From Eubacteriales bacterium (lineage in GTDB: Bacteria > Bacillota > Clostridia > Oscillospirales > SIG627): a DNA stretch of 39,624 nt. The stretch covers positions 1 to 39,624 of the forward strand of contig JAZRZY010000059.1 in assembly GCA_045601605.1 (NCBI GenBank), written 5' to 3'. The notes under the pieces are model-generated. The model made no database searches, was not told the origin of the DNA, and saw only the letters and a list, made by a program, of their open reading frames with translations. Positions 9,671-18,865 of the stretch are shown in pieces. Made by a program: the position numbers and the translations under genes. Within the stretch, counting starts at the first letter, position 1; every line of letters begins with the position of its first letter.

Positions 9671-10351
9671 ATGTCAAATCGGATAAAAATGACTCCAAGA
9701 GAGTGGATTGAAAACTATTGGTACCACTATAAGTGGCCTACTTTGGTCGGGCTGTTCTTCGTCTTCGTTTTTCTGGTGGGAATCGTTCAGTGTGCCACCA
9801 GAGTGGACGGAGACGTTATCGTGATGTACTCCGGTTCCAAGTCGCTTTCCCTTGATAGCATGCACCTCATGGAAAGCACGCTCGCTGAAGTGATGGAGGA
9901 AGACTACAACGAGGACGGCGTGAAATACGTTCAGTATCTTGAAAACGTTGTCATCGTTGATGACTTTACCGGTGTAGATCAGAACGGGAATGAGCAGGTT
10001 CTCATTGATAAGACGGAACAGATCGAAAGTTACGTTACGCAAGTGGCTGCGGGTGATGCCCAAATTTATCTGTTGAGTCCCGACGTTTATGACGAGTTAT
10101 CCAAGCACGGCGTCTTGGTGTCTTTGGATGAAATTTACGGAAAAGTTCCGGTAGAGGCGCATGATTCTTGCTCGTATCAACTTTCTAAGCTCGATGCATA
10201 CTCTTTGCCCGGACTGCGTGAACTTCCGGAGGACACGCTTATATGTTTGCGCAGAGCAAAGACCCTCGGTGTCTTTGATGCTGCGGAAGCGGAGGAGGAG
10301 CATCGCTATGCCAAAGAACTGTTTTGCTCTTTAATTGAATACAAAGCATAG
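9671..10351 (+). CDS. Hypothetical membrane-anchored protein at the tail of the atp operon
   Basis: Single N-terminal TM (WPTLVGLFFVFVFLVGIV). gagggg lies upstream of ATG 9671. No convincing terminator between atpC and this ORF, but a strong one follows it. Confidence 0.6.
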   Translation: MSNRIKMTPREWIENYWYHYKWPTLVGLFFVFVFLVGIVQCATRVDGDVIVMYSGSKSLSLDSMHLMESTLAEVMEEDYNEDGVKYVQYLENVVIVDDFTGVDQNGNEQVLIDKTEQIESYVTQVAAGDAQIYLLSPDVYDELSKHGVLVSLDEIYGKVPVEAHDSCSYQLSKLDAYSLPGLRELPEDTLICLRRAKTLGVFDAAEAEEEHRYAKELFCSLIEYKA

Positions 10352-10355
10352 CTGT

Positions 10356-10383
10356 AAGGGTCTCAAATTTGAGACCCTTTTTG
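10356..10383 (+). terminator. Rho-independent terminator ending the atp transcription unit
   Basis: aagggtctca-aatt-tgagaccctt followed by ttt. Confidence 0.85.
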
Positions 10384-10569
10384 ATTGAAAAGGATTGAGA
10401 AGAATTCTTGTGCATCGAATTCTTCGGCGGCGGGTTGTGAATCGGCAGGTATGTCTTGCTTAGTCAATACGTCGATCGCATCCGAGATCGGGCGGTGATC
10501 GGCAAGTGTCATCAGAAAAGAAACGGAAAGAAGCAGATAAATGAGAAAATAGAGGAAAAGTCTTTTCAT
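10363..10569 (-). CDS. Small signal-peptide/membrane protein (68 aa), translationally coupled to ylmC
   Basis: ATGA overlap with the upstream stop. gaaggg lies 4-5 nt upstream. Hydrophobic N-terminus MKRLFLYFLIYLLLSVSFLM. The 3' end runs into the convergent terminator hairpin. Confidence 0.45.
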   Translation of the reverse strand: MKRLFLYFLIYLLLSVSFLMTLADHRPISDAIDVLTKQDIPADSQPAAEEFDAQEFFSILFNQKGSQI

Positions 10570-10838
10570 TTGAACCCTTCATCCGAACGGTTGAGTCGAA
10601 CGAGGATCACATCTTCGCCGATGCTTTCAATTTTTCCGATGGGGATACGCATCGGTTCGCGGCGGATCAATGTGAAAAGATTCCCGTAGGCGGGCAGCAG
10701 CAGAGCTCGGATCTTGCTGCAGTCCTCCGATAACTCCAGATCCGTTGCGTGCCCAAGCACGCCGCCGTCTTCGGCGTTGATGATTTGCTTCGCTCTCAGG
10801 GATTGAAACGTGTATTTGATCGAGTTTTGTTCATTCAT
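10566..10838 (-). CDS. ylmC: YlmC/YmxH family PRC-barrel (sporulation-associated) protein
   Basis: DGGVLGHATDLELSEDCSKIRALLLP pattern. ATG 10838 lies 6 nt after AAGGAGGG. The track start at 10856 is a TTG inside the RBS region. Confidence 0.75.
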   Translation of the reverse strand: MNEQNSIKYTFQSLRAKQIINAEDGGVLGHATDLELSEDCSKIRALLLPAYGNLFTLIRREPMRIPIGKIESIGEDVILVRLNRSDEGFK

Positions 10839-10889
10839 AATTACCCTCCTTTTCAAGCTTATGCTTGTTCGGCGAAGAGTATGATGCGG

Positions 10890-10918
10890 TTGTGTTTTTT
10901 TAAGTTGTATGTTATACT
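10890..10918 (+). promoter_or_regulatory. Candidate promoter of rqcH
   Basis: TTGTGT, 17-nt spacer, then TGtTATACT (extended -10). Confidence 0.5.
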
Positions 10919-10934
10919 TTTTTCGGAGGGAATT

Positions 10935-12677
10935 ATGGCATTTGACGCTGGTTTTTTATCTGCAATTGCAAGAGAGATAAGGGAAGAACTTTCCGATTCT
11001 CGCTTGGAAAAGATTTTCCAATGCACACGGGATACGTTTGTATTGGAATTTCGTGCTGCCAAAAAGCCGCGCGCGCTGTTTCTTTCCGCAGGCCCTTCGG
11101 GGGGCTTTTGTTATTTGACCGAGCGTCGCATTCCGCACCCCGAAACGCCGCCGATGTTTTGTATGCTTCTTCGCAAGCATCTTGCGGGCGGTCGTTTTTT
11201 GGACGCAAGGCAGTTTGGCTTTGAGCGTGTTTTGCGTCTGGATATTGAATTTGTGGACGCTTTCGGTGAGCCGGTACTGCGTACTTTATATTTAGAGGCG
11301 ATGGGGAAGAACTCCAATTTGATTCTCTGCGATACCGAAGGGGTAATTCTCGGAGCGCTTCGCACCTTGGATCTTGCCCAAAGTCCGGAACGACCTCTTC
11401 TCTGTGGGATGAAATATACGCCGCCGCCCCAAAGGGACGGAGCAACTTCGCTTTTGGAGGCGGATGCGGGTGAGCGGCTTTCATCTGCCCTTGCGTCTGC
11501 GCCATCGAATCGTTTGGCTCATCAGGTGATTCTGGAGGGGATTGCGGGAATCGGCCCCGTGCTTGCAAAAGAGGCTGTGTTTCGGTTTTGCGGCGATGTA
11601 AATGCAAGCGCGGAAATGGCAAGCAAAACGCAAATTGCCTCCTTTTTATCCACACTGTCAAACGCACTTTTTGCAAAAAACACTGTTTTTTATGCCTATT
11701 TTGACGATTCTTCCACTCCGCGTCGAGCGGCTGAATATTCCTATGTTCCGCTGATGCAATACGCGGGGCTTTCCTGCTGTGAGTTTGCCTCGCCTTCTCG
11801 GCTTATGGATCAGATCCAGGGTGAGCGCGAGGAGGTTGCACGATTGCGCCAGAGGATGGAGCACGCTTCATCGGTGCTTAAGTCGGCGCAAAAGCGATTG
11901 CAACGCAAATTTTTCGTCCAGCTCTCTGATCTGGAGGCGGCGAAGGGGGCGGAAGAAAAGCGCATTGCCGGAGACTTGATCATGCAGGAGATCTGGCGGA
12001 TCAAACGAGGAGATGCTTCGCTTGTCGCCGTTCATTATGAGACGCAAGAAGAGATAGAGATAGCGCTTGACGTGCGTTTGACACCTGCCCAGAATGCTCA
12101 ACGGTACTACAAGCAGTATCAGCGTGCAAAGCGCGCGTTGGCAGCACTCGAGGAGCAGATAGAGGCAACTCGCGGGGAACTGGAATATGCACAGAGCATC
12201 GCAGAAGCACTGAAACGTGTGCAAACGACCGAGGAAGCAGACCAGATCTGCAAAGAAGTGTCCGAGTGGAATTACGGTCGGCGGTTTGCGAAGGGGGATT
12301 TGCCCGGCTCAAAAAAGAAAAAAGTGCACCCTGCCTTGCGTGTTACCACGCTTGAAAGCCCCGGAGGCTTTCCTGTTTTGGTTGGAAAAAACAACCTTCA
12401 AAATGAGGAGATTACGTTTCGCCTTGCATCGAAACTGGATCTGTGGTTCCACGTGAAAAATCGCCCCGGTCCGCACGTAGTCCTGCACGTTGAGGGTGAT
12501 CGGCCGGTAAAAGATGAGGATTTGTTGTTTGCCGCGCGGCTTTGCGTGCCGAGCGATTGCGCGGAAGTCGGTTGCGAGGTGGATTACACGCGTGTGAAAG
12601 CTGTGAAGCACCATCCGTCCCGTTTGCCGGGCCGCGTGATTTACACGGGCGAAAAGACGATTTTCGTTCGAAAATAA
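10935..12677 (+). CDS. rqcH: NFACT-family ribosome quality control protein RqcH (FbpA-like)
   Basis: NFACT-N start MAFDAGFL..., central coiled coil, DUF814-like LWFHVKNRPGPHVVL. ATG 10935 follows ggaggg. The track ORF start (10749) overlaps ylmC. Confidence 0.85.
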   Translation: MAFDAGFLSAIAREIREELSDSRLEKIFQCTRDTFVLEFRAAKKPRALFLSAGPSGGFCYLTERRIPHPETPPMFCMLLRKHLAGGRFLDARQFGFERVLRLDIEFVDAFGEPVLRTLYLEAMGKNSNLILCDTEGVILGALRTLDLAQSPERPLLCGMKYTPPPQRDGATSLLEADAGERLSSALASAPSNRLAHQVILEGIAGIGPVLAKEAVFRFCGDVNASAEMASKTQIASFLSTLSNALFAKNTVFYAYFDDSSTPRRAAEYSYVPLMQYAGLSCCEFASPSRLMDQIQGEREEVARLRQRMEHASSVLKSAQKRLQRKFFVQLSDLEAAKGAEEKRIAGDLIMQEIWRIKRGDASLVAVHYETQEEIEIALDVRLTPAQNAQRYYKQYQRAKRALAALEEQIEATRGELEYAQSIAEALKRVQTTEEADQICKEVSEWNYGRRFAKGDLPGSKKKKVHPALRVTTLESPGGFPVLVGKNNLQNEEITFRLASKLDLWFHVKNRPGPHVVLHVEGDRPVKDEDLLFAARLCVPSDCAEVGCEVDYTRVKAVKHHPSRLPGRVIYTGEKTIFVRK

Positions 12678-12701
12678 AGGCGAATTTCAAGGGGATCTCA
12701 C

Positions 12702-12730
12702 TTGAAATATACTGCTTGGTATGATATAAT
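12702..12730 (+). promoter_or_regulatory. Candidate promoter of fhs-tsaE-tsaB-rpiB
   Basis: TTGAAA, 17-nt spacer, then TGaTATAAT. The -35 is embedded in an 8-bp inverted repeat (12684-12691 / 12701-12708). Confidence 0.6.
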
Positions 12731-12760
12731 AAAATATCTATGTTATTAGGAGGTTTTTCC

Positions 12761-14419
12761 ATGTTGCCGGATGTTGTGATTGCGCAGAATGCAACCTTGT
12801 TGCCGATTGAATCCATTGCTGAAAAGCTGGGCGTGAATGAAGCAGAGGTATTGCCTTTCGGAAAGACCAAGGCAAAGATTGCCGACACGTGCTTTGAGCG
12901 CTTGTCCGATCGCAAGGACGGCAAACTGATCTTGGTAACTGCGGTCAACCCCACGCCTGCCGGTGAAGGAAAAACGACGATGAGCATTGGTTTGGCCGAT
13001 GCGATGACCAAGAAGGGCTTAAATGCCTGCCTCGCTCTGCGTGAACCGTCATTGGGGCCTGTTTTCGGAATCAAAGGCGGTGCAACCGGCGGCGGTTATG
13101 CACAGGTTCTCCCGATGGAAGACATCAACCTGCATTTTACAGGGGACTTCCATGCGATCACCAGCGCCAATAATTTGCTCTCTGCTTTGATCGACAATCA
13201 TATTTTCCAGGGAAATGAACTGAATATCGATGAAAATCGCGTCCTTTTCCGTCGTTGTCTGGATATGAACGACCGTGCTCTCCGTCGCGCGGAGGTGGAA
13301 AGCGGTAAGGAAACAACTCGTATGGAGCGATTCCAGATTACGGCGGCCAGTGAGATTATGGCGACGTTTTGTTTGGCTCGCGATCTCGCGGATCTGAAGC
13401 GCCGCCTCGGCGGAATCATCGTCGCATTTAATGTGAACGGCGATCCCGTTACCGCTCGCGACCTGCATGCGGAAGGTGCGATGACGGCTCTTTTGCGGGA
13501 TGCATTGATGCCGAACCTTGTGCAGACGATGGAGCATACTCCTGCGCTCGTCCACGGCGGTCCGTTTGCCAACATTGCACACGGCTGTAATTCTGTGCGC
13601 GCGACGCGGCTTGCGCTCAAACTTGCCGATTATACGGTGACGGAAGCGGGCTTCGGAAGTGAGCTTGGTGCTGAAAAGTTTATGGACATCAAGTGCCGCG
13701 CGCTTGGCCGCTATCCCGATGCCGTGGTTTTGGTCGTTACTCTGCGTGCCTTGAAATACAATGGTGGAGTTGCAAAAACGGATTTGTCCGAAGAGAACGT
13801 TTCTGCCGTCCGTCGCGGCGTTTGCAATTTGGCCGCGCATTTGGATGCGCTGAAAAAGTATGATGTCAATGCAGTCGTCTGCATCAATCATTTCCCGACG
13901 GATACGGATGAAGAACGCGCCGTGGTTTTTGACCTTTGCCGCGAATATGCCGTGCCGTGCGCCGTTTCGTATGCTTTCGCAAACGGCGGCGAGGGTTCTT
14001 TGGAGCTTGCCGATCTTGTCATTGCGGCGTGCGAAAAGGAGAATCGGGCACATTCGTTGTATGATCTTTCTCTTACTGTGGAAGAAAAGATTCGTTCGAT
14101 CGCACAAAATATTTACGGTGCTTCCGAGATCCATCTCGAGGATGCTGCCAAGCAGAGCATCGAGGCATTTGAAAAGATGGGGATTCGAGATCTTCCCGTG
14201 TGTATCGCCAAAACGCAGTACTCGCTTTCCGATGATATGAAGGAGCTTGGCAGACCGCGCGATTTTGTGCTGACCATTCGCGACGTGGCACTTTCCAGCG
14301 GTGCCGGTTTCTTCGTCTGCTATGCGGGCAGCATTTTGACGATGCCCGGCTTGCCCAAAATTCCCGCTGCAAACGGAATTGATGTGGATGAAAACGGCGT
14401 GATTTCCGGTCTGTTTTGA
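12761..14419 (+). CDS. fhs: Formate--tetrahydrofolate ligase
   Basis: TPAGEGKTT P-loop and overall FTHFS pattern. ATG 12761 lies 7 nt after AGGAGG. Confidence 0.95.
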   Translation: MLPDVVIAQNATLLPIESIAEKLGVNEAEVLPFGKTKAKIADTCFERLSDRKDGKLILVTAVNPTPAGEGKTTMSIGLADAMTKKGLNACLALREPSLGPVFGIKGGATGGGYAQVLPMEDINLHFTGDFHAITSANNLLSALIDNHIFQGNELNIDENRVLFRRCLDMNDRALRRAEVESGKETTRMERFQITAASEIMATFCLARDLADLKRRLGGIIVAFNVNGDPVTARDLHAEGAMTALLRDALMPNLVQTMEHTPALVHGGPFANIAHGCNSVRATRLALKLADYTVTEAGFGSELGAEKFMDIKCRALGRYPDAVVLVVTLRALKYNGGVAKTDLSEENVSAVRRGVCNLAAHLDALKKYDVNAVVCINHFPTDTDEERAVVFDLCREYAVPCAVSYAFANGGEGSLELADLVIAACEKENRAHSLYDLSLTVEEKIRSIAQNIYGASEIHLEDAAKQSIEAFEKMGIRDLPVCIAKTQYSLSDDMKELGRPRDFVLTIRDVALSSGAGFFVCYAGSILTMPGLPKIPAANGIDVDENGVISGLF

Positions 14420-14817
14420 TGGAACGGATTTTCACCTCAAACAGCCCCGCTGAAACAGAGGCGATCGCAGCCGACCTCAGTAAGGAACTGCACGGTTTTA
14501 TCGCCTTGTATGGCAGAATGGGTGCGGGCAAAACCGCATTTGTTCGCGGCTTTGTCGGACAATTTTTGCCGAGCGCACGAGTTTCCAGTCCGACCTACAC
14601 GGTGATGAATGCCTATAGTGATGAGCTTTATCACTTGGATCTTTATCGATTGAGCGGGGAAGACGATTTGGAATCCATCGGTTTTTTCGATATCCCTCAG
14701 AAGGCAACCGTGCTCTGTGAGTGGGCCGAACATTTACCGAACGATATTCACGTGGACTATTCGATCTACATTGAACCCAAACAAGGGGATCAACGCATCA
14801 TCAAGGTGGTACACTAA
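14419..14817 (+). CDS. tsaE: tRNA t6A37 biosynthesis ATPase TsaE
   Basis: GRMGAGKT Walker A, SPTY(T) motif. TGATG overlap with the fhs stop. Confidence 0.85.
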   Translation: MERIFTSNSPAETEAIAADLSKELHGFIALYGRMGAGKTAFVRGFVGQFLPSARVSSPTYTVMNAYSDELYHLDLYRLSGEDDLESIGFFDIPQKATVLCEWAEHLPNDIHVDYSIYIEPKQGDQRIIKVVH

Positions 14818-15530
14818 TGCAGATTCTTGCCTTTGACTCCGCCGCACTGACCGCTACGGCGGCACTTTTGAGAGATGGGGTCATTTTATCGGAGATTTCC
14901 AGCACAAATGCGCTCAATCATTCCGTGCGCCTGCTTCCGATGATCGATGAGGTGCTGGCGCTTGCGGGCACTACGATCGGTGAGGTCGATGCGTTTGCCG
15001 TCAGCGCGGGCCCCGGCTCTTTCACCGGCGTGCGAATCGGAATTTCCACCTTAAAGGGTCTTGCCCTTGGGACGGAAAAACTTTGTGCACCGGTTTCCAC
15101 ACTTGAAGCGTTGGGATGGAATGAACTCGGGTTTTGCGGAGTCATTTGCGCGGTGATGGATGCGCGCAGAAATGAGTTTTACAATGCACTGTTTTCCACC
15201 TCCGAGGATGGGAAACTCGTGCGCCTTACAGAGGATCGCGCCATTGATGCGGAAAATTTATTTCAAGAATTGAGCCGGAGAAATCAGAGTGTTGTTTTGT
15301 GCGGAGACGGGGCGCCCTTGTTTTATCAACATTGCAAAACCCGAAATTCTGCAAAAAACATTCAAATTTCGAGCCCGAATCGTATGGTTCAACGTGCCGC
15401 AAGCGTTGCTTTGGTCGGAGAACAAATGCTGAAGGACGGGCGCGGTGTGACAGCAGATCAACTTGCACCGTTGTATTTACGCGCCAGCGGCGCAGAAAGA
15501 AAAAGAGAAGAGAGAATCAAACAATGTTAA
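14817..15530 (+). CDS. tsaB: tRNA t6A37 biosynthesis protein TsaB
   Basis: GPGSFTGVRIG motif. TAATG coupling to tsaE. Confidence 0.85.
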   Translation: MQILAFDSAALTATAALLRDGVILSEISSTNALNHSVRLLPMIDEVLALAGTTIGEVDAFAVSAGPGSFTGVRIGISTLKGLALGTEKLCAPVSTLEALGWNELGFCGVICAVMDARRNEFYNALFSTSEDGKLVRLTEDRAIDAENLFQELSRRNQSVVLCGDGAPLFYQHCKTRNSAKNIQISSPNRMVQRAASVALVGEQMLKDGRGVTADQLAPLYLRASGAERKREERIKQC

Positions 15531-15958
15531 TGTTAGCTTGTGACCACGGCGGATTTCAACTGAAGGAAAAAGTAAAGGCGCATCTGGATTTGCGCGGTGT
15601 GACTTATGAAGATTGCGGAACGCACTCCGAAGAGTCTGTTGATTATCCGGTGTTTGCAAAAAAAGCATTGGATAAAATCGAAGATCCCGAGCATGACCGC
15701 GTTATCCTTATTTGCGGAACCGGTCTTGGTATGATGCTTTGCGCCAACCGTGTCAAAGGCGTGCGTGCCGTCTGCGTATCGGATGCATTTTCTGCCAAGC
15801 ATTCTCGCAGTCACAACAATGCCAACGTTCTTTGTATCGGAGGACGTGTTTTGGAAGTGGACAAAGCATTGGAAATCGTGGATCTCTTTTTGGATACTGA
15901 ATTTGACGGTGAGCGACATAGCCGCCGCTTGAATATGATCGACGAATTGTTTTCTTAA
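15524..15958 (+). CDS. rpiB: Ribose-5-phosphate isomerase B
   Basis: MLMLACDHGGFQLKE ... ICGTGLGM ... RSHNNANVLC pattern. The track ORF (15299) over-extends through tsaB. Confidence 0.9.
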   Translation: MLMLACDHGGFQLKEKVKAHLDLRGVTYEDCGTHSEESVDYPVFAKKALDKIEDPEHDRVILICGTGLGMMLCANRVKGVRAVCVSDAFSAKHSRSHNNANVLCIGGRVLEVDKALEIVDLFLDTEFDGERHSRRLNMIDELFS

Positions 15959-15983
15959 AGATTTAATATCCGAGGTTCAAAAA

Positions 15984-16252
15984 GGCCGTGCTATCCGGGG
16001 AGGTAGCGGCACCCTGAACCTGCAACCCGCTACAGCAGGGGCGAATTCCGTGTGTCGAGGCGGATCCTTGTGGCAGTCATCGCGGTGGGATGTTGAGGAA
16101 TGGGTCTTGCGCAATCATTGACCGTGAATCATGTCAGGTGGGGAACCAAGCAGCATTAAGCGGACTCTTTGATGTGCCGTCAAGGTCACCTGTTCTGAGT
16201 TCCATCGCGGGAGGACGTGCAGGGGTTTTGTCGCAAAGCACGGTGCACGGTC
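15984..16252 (+). ncRNA. ffs: Signal recognition particle RNA, long Bacillus-type (scRNA/ffs)
   Basis: 5' gccgtgcta.ccggggaggtagcgg, domain IV gtcaggtggggaaccaagcagc with GGAA tetraloop, 3' gcacggtgcacggtc plus T-run. Sits immediately upstream of dnaX, as in Bacillus. Confidence 0.9.
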
Positions 16253-16280
16253 TTTTTGAGCTTCGGATTTGGAGTGGAAA

Positions 16281-17882
16281 ATGTATCAAACGCTGTATCG
16301 CAAATATCGTCCTCGCACCTTCTCGGATGTCTGTGGGCAGGAGCGTATTACAACCGTTCTGTCTCGTCAGGTCGAGGAAGGGACTCTTACGCACGCTTAT
16401 TTGTTTTGCGGTACTCGCGGAACCGGAAAGACTACTTGCGCCAAGATTTTGGCAAAAGTGGCAAACTGCCTGCATCCCCAAAACGGTGAGCCTTGCAATG
16501 AGTGCGAGAATTGTCTGGCGGCCGATCGCGGCGAATTGCTTGATATATTAGAGGTGGATGCCGCATCACACACCGGTGTGGAAAACATTCGCAAACTTTG
16601 TGAAGAATTGAACTTCATGCCTGCGCAAGGGAAAAAGCGCGTTTATATCATCGATGAAGTTCATATGCTGTCCATCGGTGCGTTCAATGCGCTTTTGAAA
16701 ACGCTGGAGGAACCGCCGTCGCACGCATTGTTTATTTTAGCAACCACAGAATTGCATAAGGTGCCCGCCACGGTGCGCTCTCGCTGTCAGTGCTTTACGT
16801 TCCATCGTATTTCGTTAAAGGACATCGCTTCACGGGTTCTGTATGTTTCCGAAAAAGAGCAGATCCCCTTGGAAGAGGACGGCGCTCGTTTGATCGCCCG
16901 TCTTTCCGACGGTGCAATGCGCGATGCACTTTCTTTGTTGGAACTTTGCGTGGGTCAAAAAGCACCGTTGAACGAGGAGCTGCTGGATCATCTTTTCGGC
17001 CTTGGCGATGCCGAGGCAATCAAAGATTTGGCGCTTTCGCTTTTGCATCGGGATAGTGCAACCGCACTTGGTATTTTAGACGATCTGTATCGTTCGATGG
17101 GAGATCTTAAGGAGATTCTTTCGCAGACACTCGGTGCTTTCCGCGATATGTTGATGTATCGCGTCGGCTGTTCGTTTGAAACAACCTCCAATCGTACCGG
17201 CGCGCAACAGGAGCAGCTGCGAACGGCTGCTATGAATTCTGCGGATGGGGTGCTTCTGTATGCCGTTGGCGTGCTGGAGGAAGCGCTCGTTCGCTTTGAA
17301 CGTCTGACCGTCAACAAGAAGACGATTTGCGAAATGGCGTTTTTGCGGATCTGTATGCCTGCGACAGCCGCGGATCAAGAGTCTGTTTTGGCACGCATTG
17401 CAGCGCTTGAAGAGGCATTGCAAAACGGTGTGAGCGTTGCGCCTGCCGTTTCTGCCAAGCCTGAGAAACCGCAAACCTCCAAGGTCGATCAAGCGTCGCG
17501 GGACGACGTTCCTTGGGCAGAGGAGGCTGTGCCTTCTTCCAATCCCGCTCCGAAGAAGCCGACCAAACAAATAAAGACTGCTTCCGATCCTGTTGCCCCG
17601 AGCAGGGAAAAGGCTTTGGGATGTGCTTATGGGGATGCGCTTCTCTCCGCTCTTGGCGCAAGCGATCCTTTGTTTGCCTCATTTTGTACGAATCTTGTGT
17701 TACAAGAAGAGGGGAACGTGCTTCATATCTACGGAGAGTCCTTCACCGTTATGATGCTGCAGGGACGCAAGCAGGAGATCTTTGAACTTGCAAAGAAGCA
17801 TTCTCCGAATTTAACTGCGGTGGAGTTTTCGGAAGGAAAACCGAAAACGATCGAGAAGCCCGCTGATTTAGGTGAATTTTAA
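16281..17882 (+). CDS. dnaX: DNA polymerase III subunit gamma/tau
   Basis: MYQTLYRKYRPRTF, GTRGTGKTT, zinc module CxxCxxC, SRC motif (RSRCQ). Confidence 0.95.
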   Translation: MYQTLYRKYRPRTFSDVCGQERITTVLSRQVEEGTLTHAYLFCGTRGTGKTTCAKILAKVANCLHPQNGEPCNECENCLAADRGELLDILEVDAASHTGVENIRKLCEELNFMPAQGKKRVYIIDEVHMLSIGAFNALLKTLEEPPSHALFILATTELHKVPATVRSRCQCFTFHRISLKDIASRVLYVSEKEQIPLEEDGARLIARLSDGAMRDALSLLELCVGQKAPLNEELLDHLFGLGDAEAIKDLALSLLHRDSATALGILDDLYRSMGDLKEILSQTLGAFRDMLMYRVGCSFETTSNRTGAQQEQLRTAAMNSADGVLLYAVGVLEEALVRFERLTVNKKTICEMAFLRICMPATAADQESVLARIAALEEALQNGVSVAPAVSAKPEKPQTSKVDQASRDDVPWAEEAVPSSNPAPKKPTKQIKTASDPVAPSREKALGCAYGDALLSALGASDPLFASFCTNLVLQEEGNVLHIYGESFTVMMLQGRKQEIFELAKKHSPNLTAVEFSEGKPKTIEKPADLGEF

Positions 17883-17903
17883 GACGCATTTAGAGGTGAA
17901 ACT

Positions 17904-18254
17904 ATGAAAGCAAGATTACCCGAGGGTTACGGCAAAGGCGGCTCTATGGCTTCCATGCTTAAGCAGGCACAGGCAATGCAGGAACAAATGTCTGCACTGC
18001 AGGCGGAACTGGAAGAGCGCGAATACGATATTTCCGCAGGCGGCGGCGTTTGCAAAATCAAGATCACCGGCGCCAAAGAAATCGTGTCGATTGAAATCGC
18101 TCCCGAGATCATCGATCCCGATGATCCTGAGACCTTGCAAGATATTTTGGTTGCCGCCGTCAACGAGGCAATCAAGCGCGTGGAAGAAACCACCGCCTCG
18201 GAAATGCAGAAATTGACTGCGGCGTCCGGCTTAAATCTGCCGGGAATGTTTTAA
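17904..18254 (+). CDS. ybaB: YbaB/EbfC nucleoid-associated protein
   Basis: Size, [12 protein letters not shown] start pattern, position between dnaX and recR. Confidence 0.9.
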   Translation: MKARLPEGYGKGGSMASMLKQAQAMQEQMSALQAELEEREYDISAGGGVCKIKITGAKEIVSIEIAPEIIDPDDPETLQDILVAAVNEAIKRVEETTASEMQKLTAASGLNLPGMF

Positions 18255-18853
18255 TGGCAACGCTTATCGCGCCGCTTGAACGTTTGGTGGAACAGTTTCG
18301 CCGCTTGCCCGGAATCGGTTACAAGACCGCCGTGCGTTTGGCGTTCCACGTTTTGGAGCGTTCCAAAGAGGAGGCGCAGGAATTTGCGGATGCCATCATG
18401 GATGCCAAAGAGCAGATCGGCGTTTGCCGCATTTGTCAGAACATCAGTGAGCATGAGCTTTGCCCGATTTGTGAAGATCTTTCTCGTGATCCTACGATCA
18501 TCTGTGTGGTGGAGCATTCCAAGGACGTCAGTGCTTTGGAAAAGGTGAAAGAGTTTTCCGGCCGTTACCATGTGCTTGGCGGACTCATCTCGCCGATGGA
18601 CGGCATTGGTCCGGAACAACTTAAAATTTCGGAATTGCTTGCGCGCTTAAGCGGTGATGAGGTGCGTGAGATCATCGTGGCTACCAATCCGAGCTTGGAA
18701 GGCGAGGCAACCGCTCTTTATCTTTCTAAGCTTGTCAAGCCGCTCGGGGTGAAGGTATCCCGTCTTGCCTATGGCCTGCCTGTCGGCGGCGAATTGGAAT
18801 ATGCGGACGAGGTGACGCTTTCTCGGGCGTTGGAAGGCCGCAGAGAACTCTAA
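18254..18853 (+). CDS. recR: Recombination protein RecR
   Basis: LPGIGYKTA helix-hairpin-helix, C4 zinc finger [16 protein letters not shown], Toprim region. Confidence 0.95.
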   Translation: MATLIAPLERLVEQFRRLPGIGYKTAVRLAFHVLERSKEEAQEFADAIMDAKEQIGVCRICQNISEHELCPICEDLSRDPTIICVVEHSKDVSALEKVKEFSGRYHVLGGLISPMDGIGPEQLKISELLARLSGDEVREIIVATNPSLEGEATALYLSKLVKPLGVKVSRLAYGLPVGGELEYADEVTLSRALEGRREL

Positions 18854-18865
18854 AAGAGGAACATT

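Noticed and set aside
10933-11676. 247-aa ORF antisense to rqcH
   Set aside because: P/R/Q/S-rich low-complexity translation with no RBS. It lies fully inside a well-supported NFACT gene.
12412-13074. 220-aa minus-strand ORF spanning the rqcH-fhs junction
   Set aside because: It runs antisense across two well-supported genes and their promoter. No RBS or recognisable motifs.
13049-14134. 361-aa ORF antisense to fhs
   Set aside because: In-phase shadow of fhs (mod 3 = 2 for both). fhs identity is certain.
16090-16551. ORFs 16090-16551 (+), 16134-16481 (-) and 16217-16489 (+)
   Set aside because: They overlap the SRP RNA and the 5' end of dnaX. Structured-RNA sequence explains the open frames.
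16629-16637. GGGAAAAAG in dnaX as a programmed frameshift site
   Set aside because: It is not an in-frame X XXY YYZ heptamer. It lies at codon ~117, far from where tau/gamma frameshifting occurs, and this mechanism is not expected in Firmicutes.
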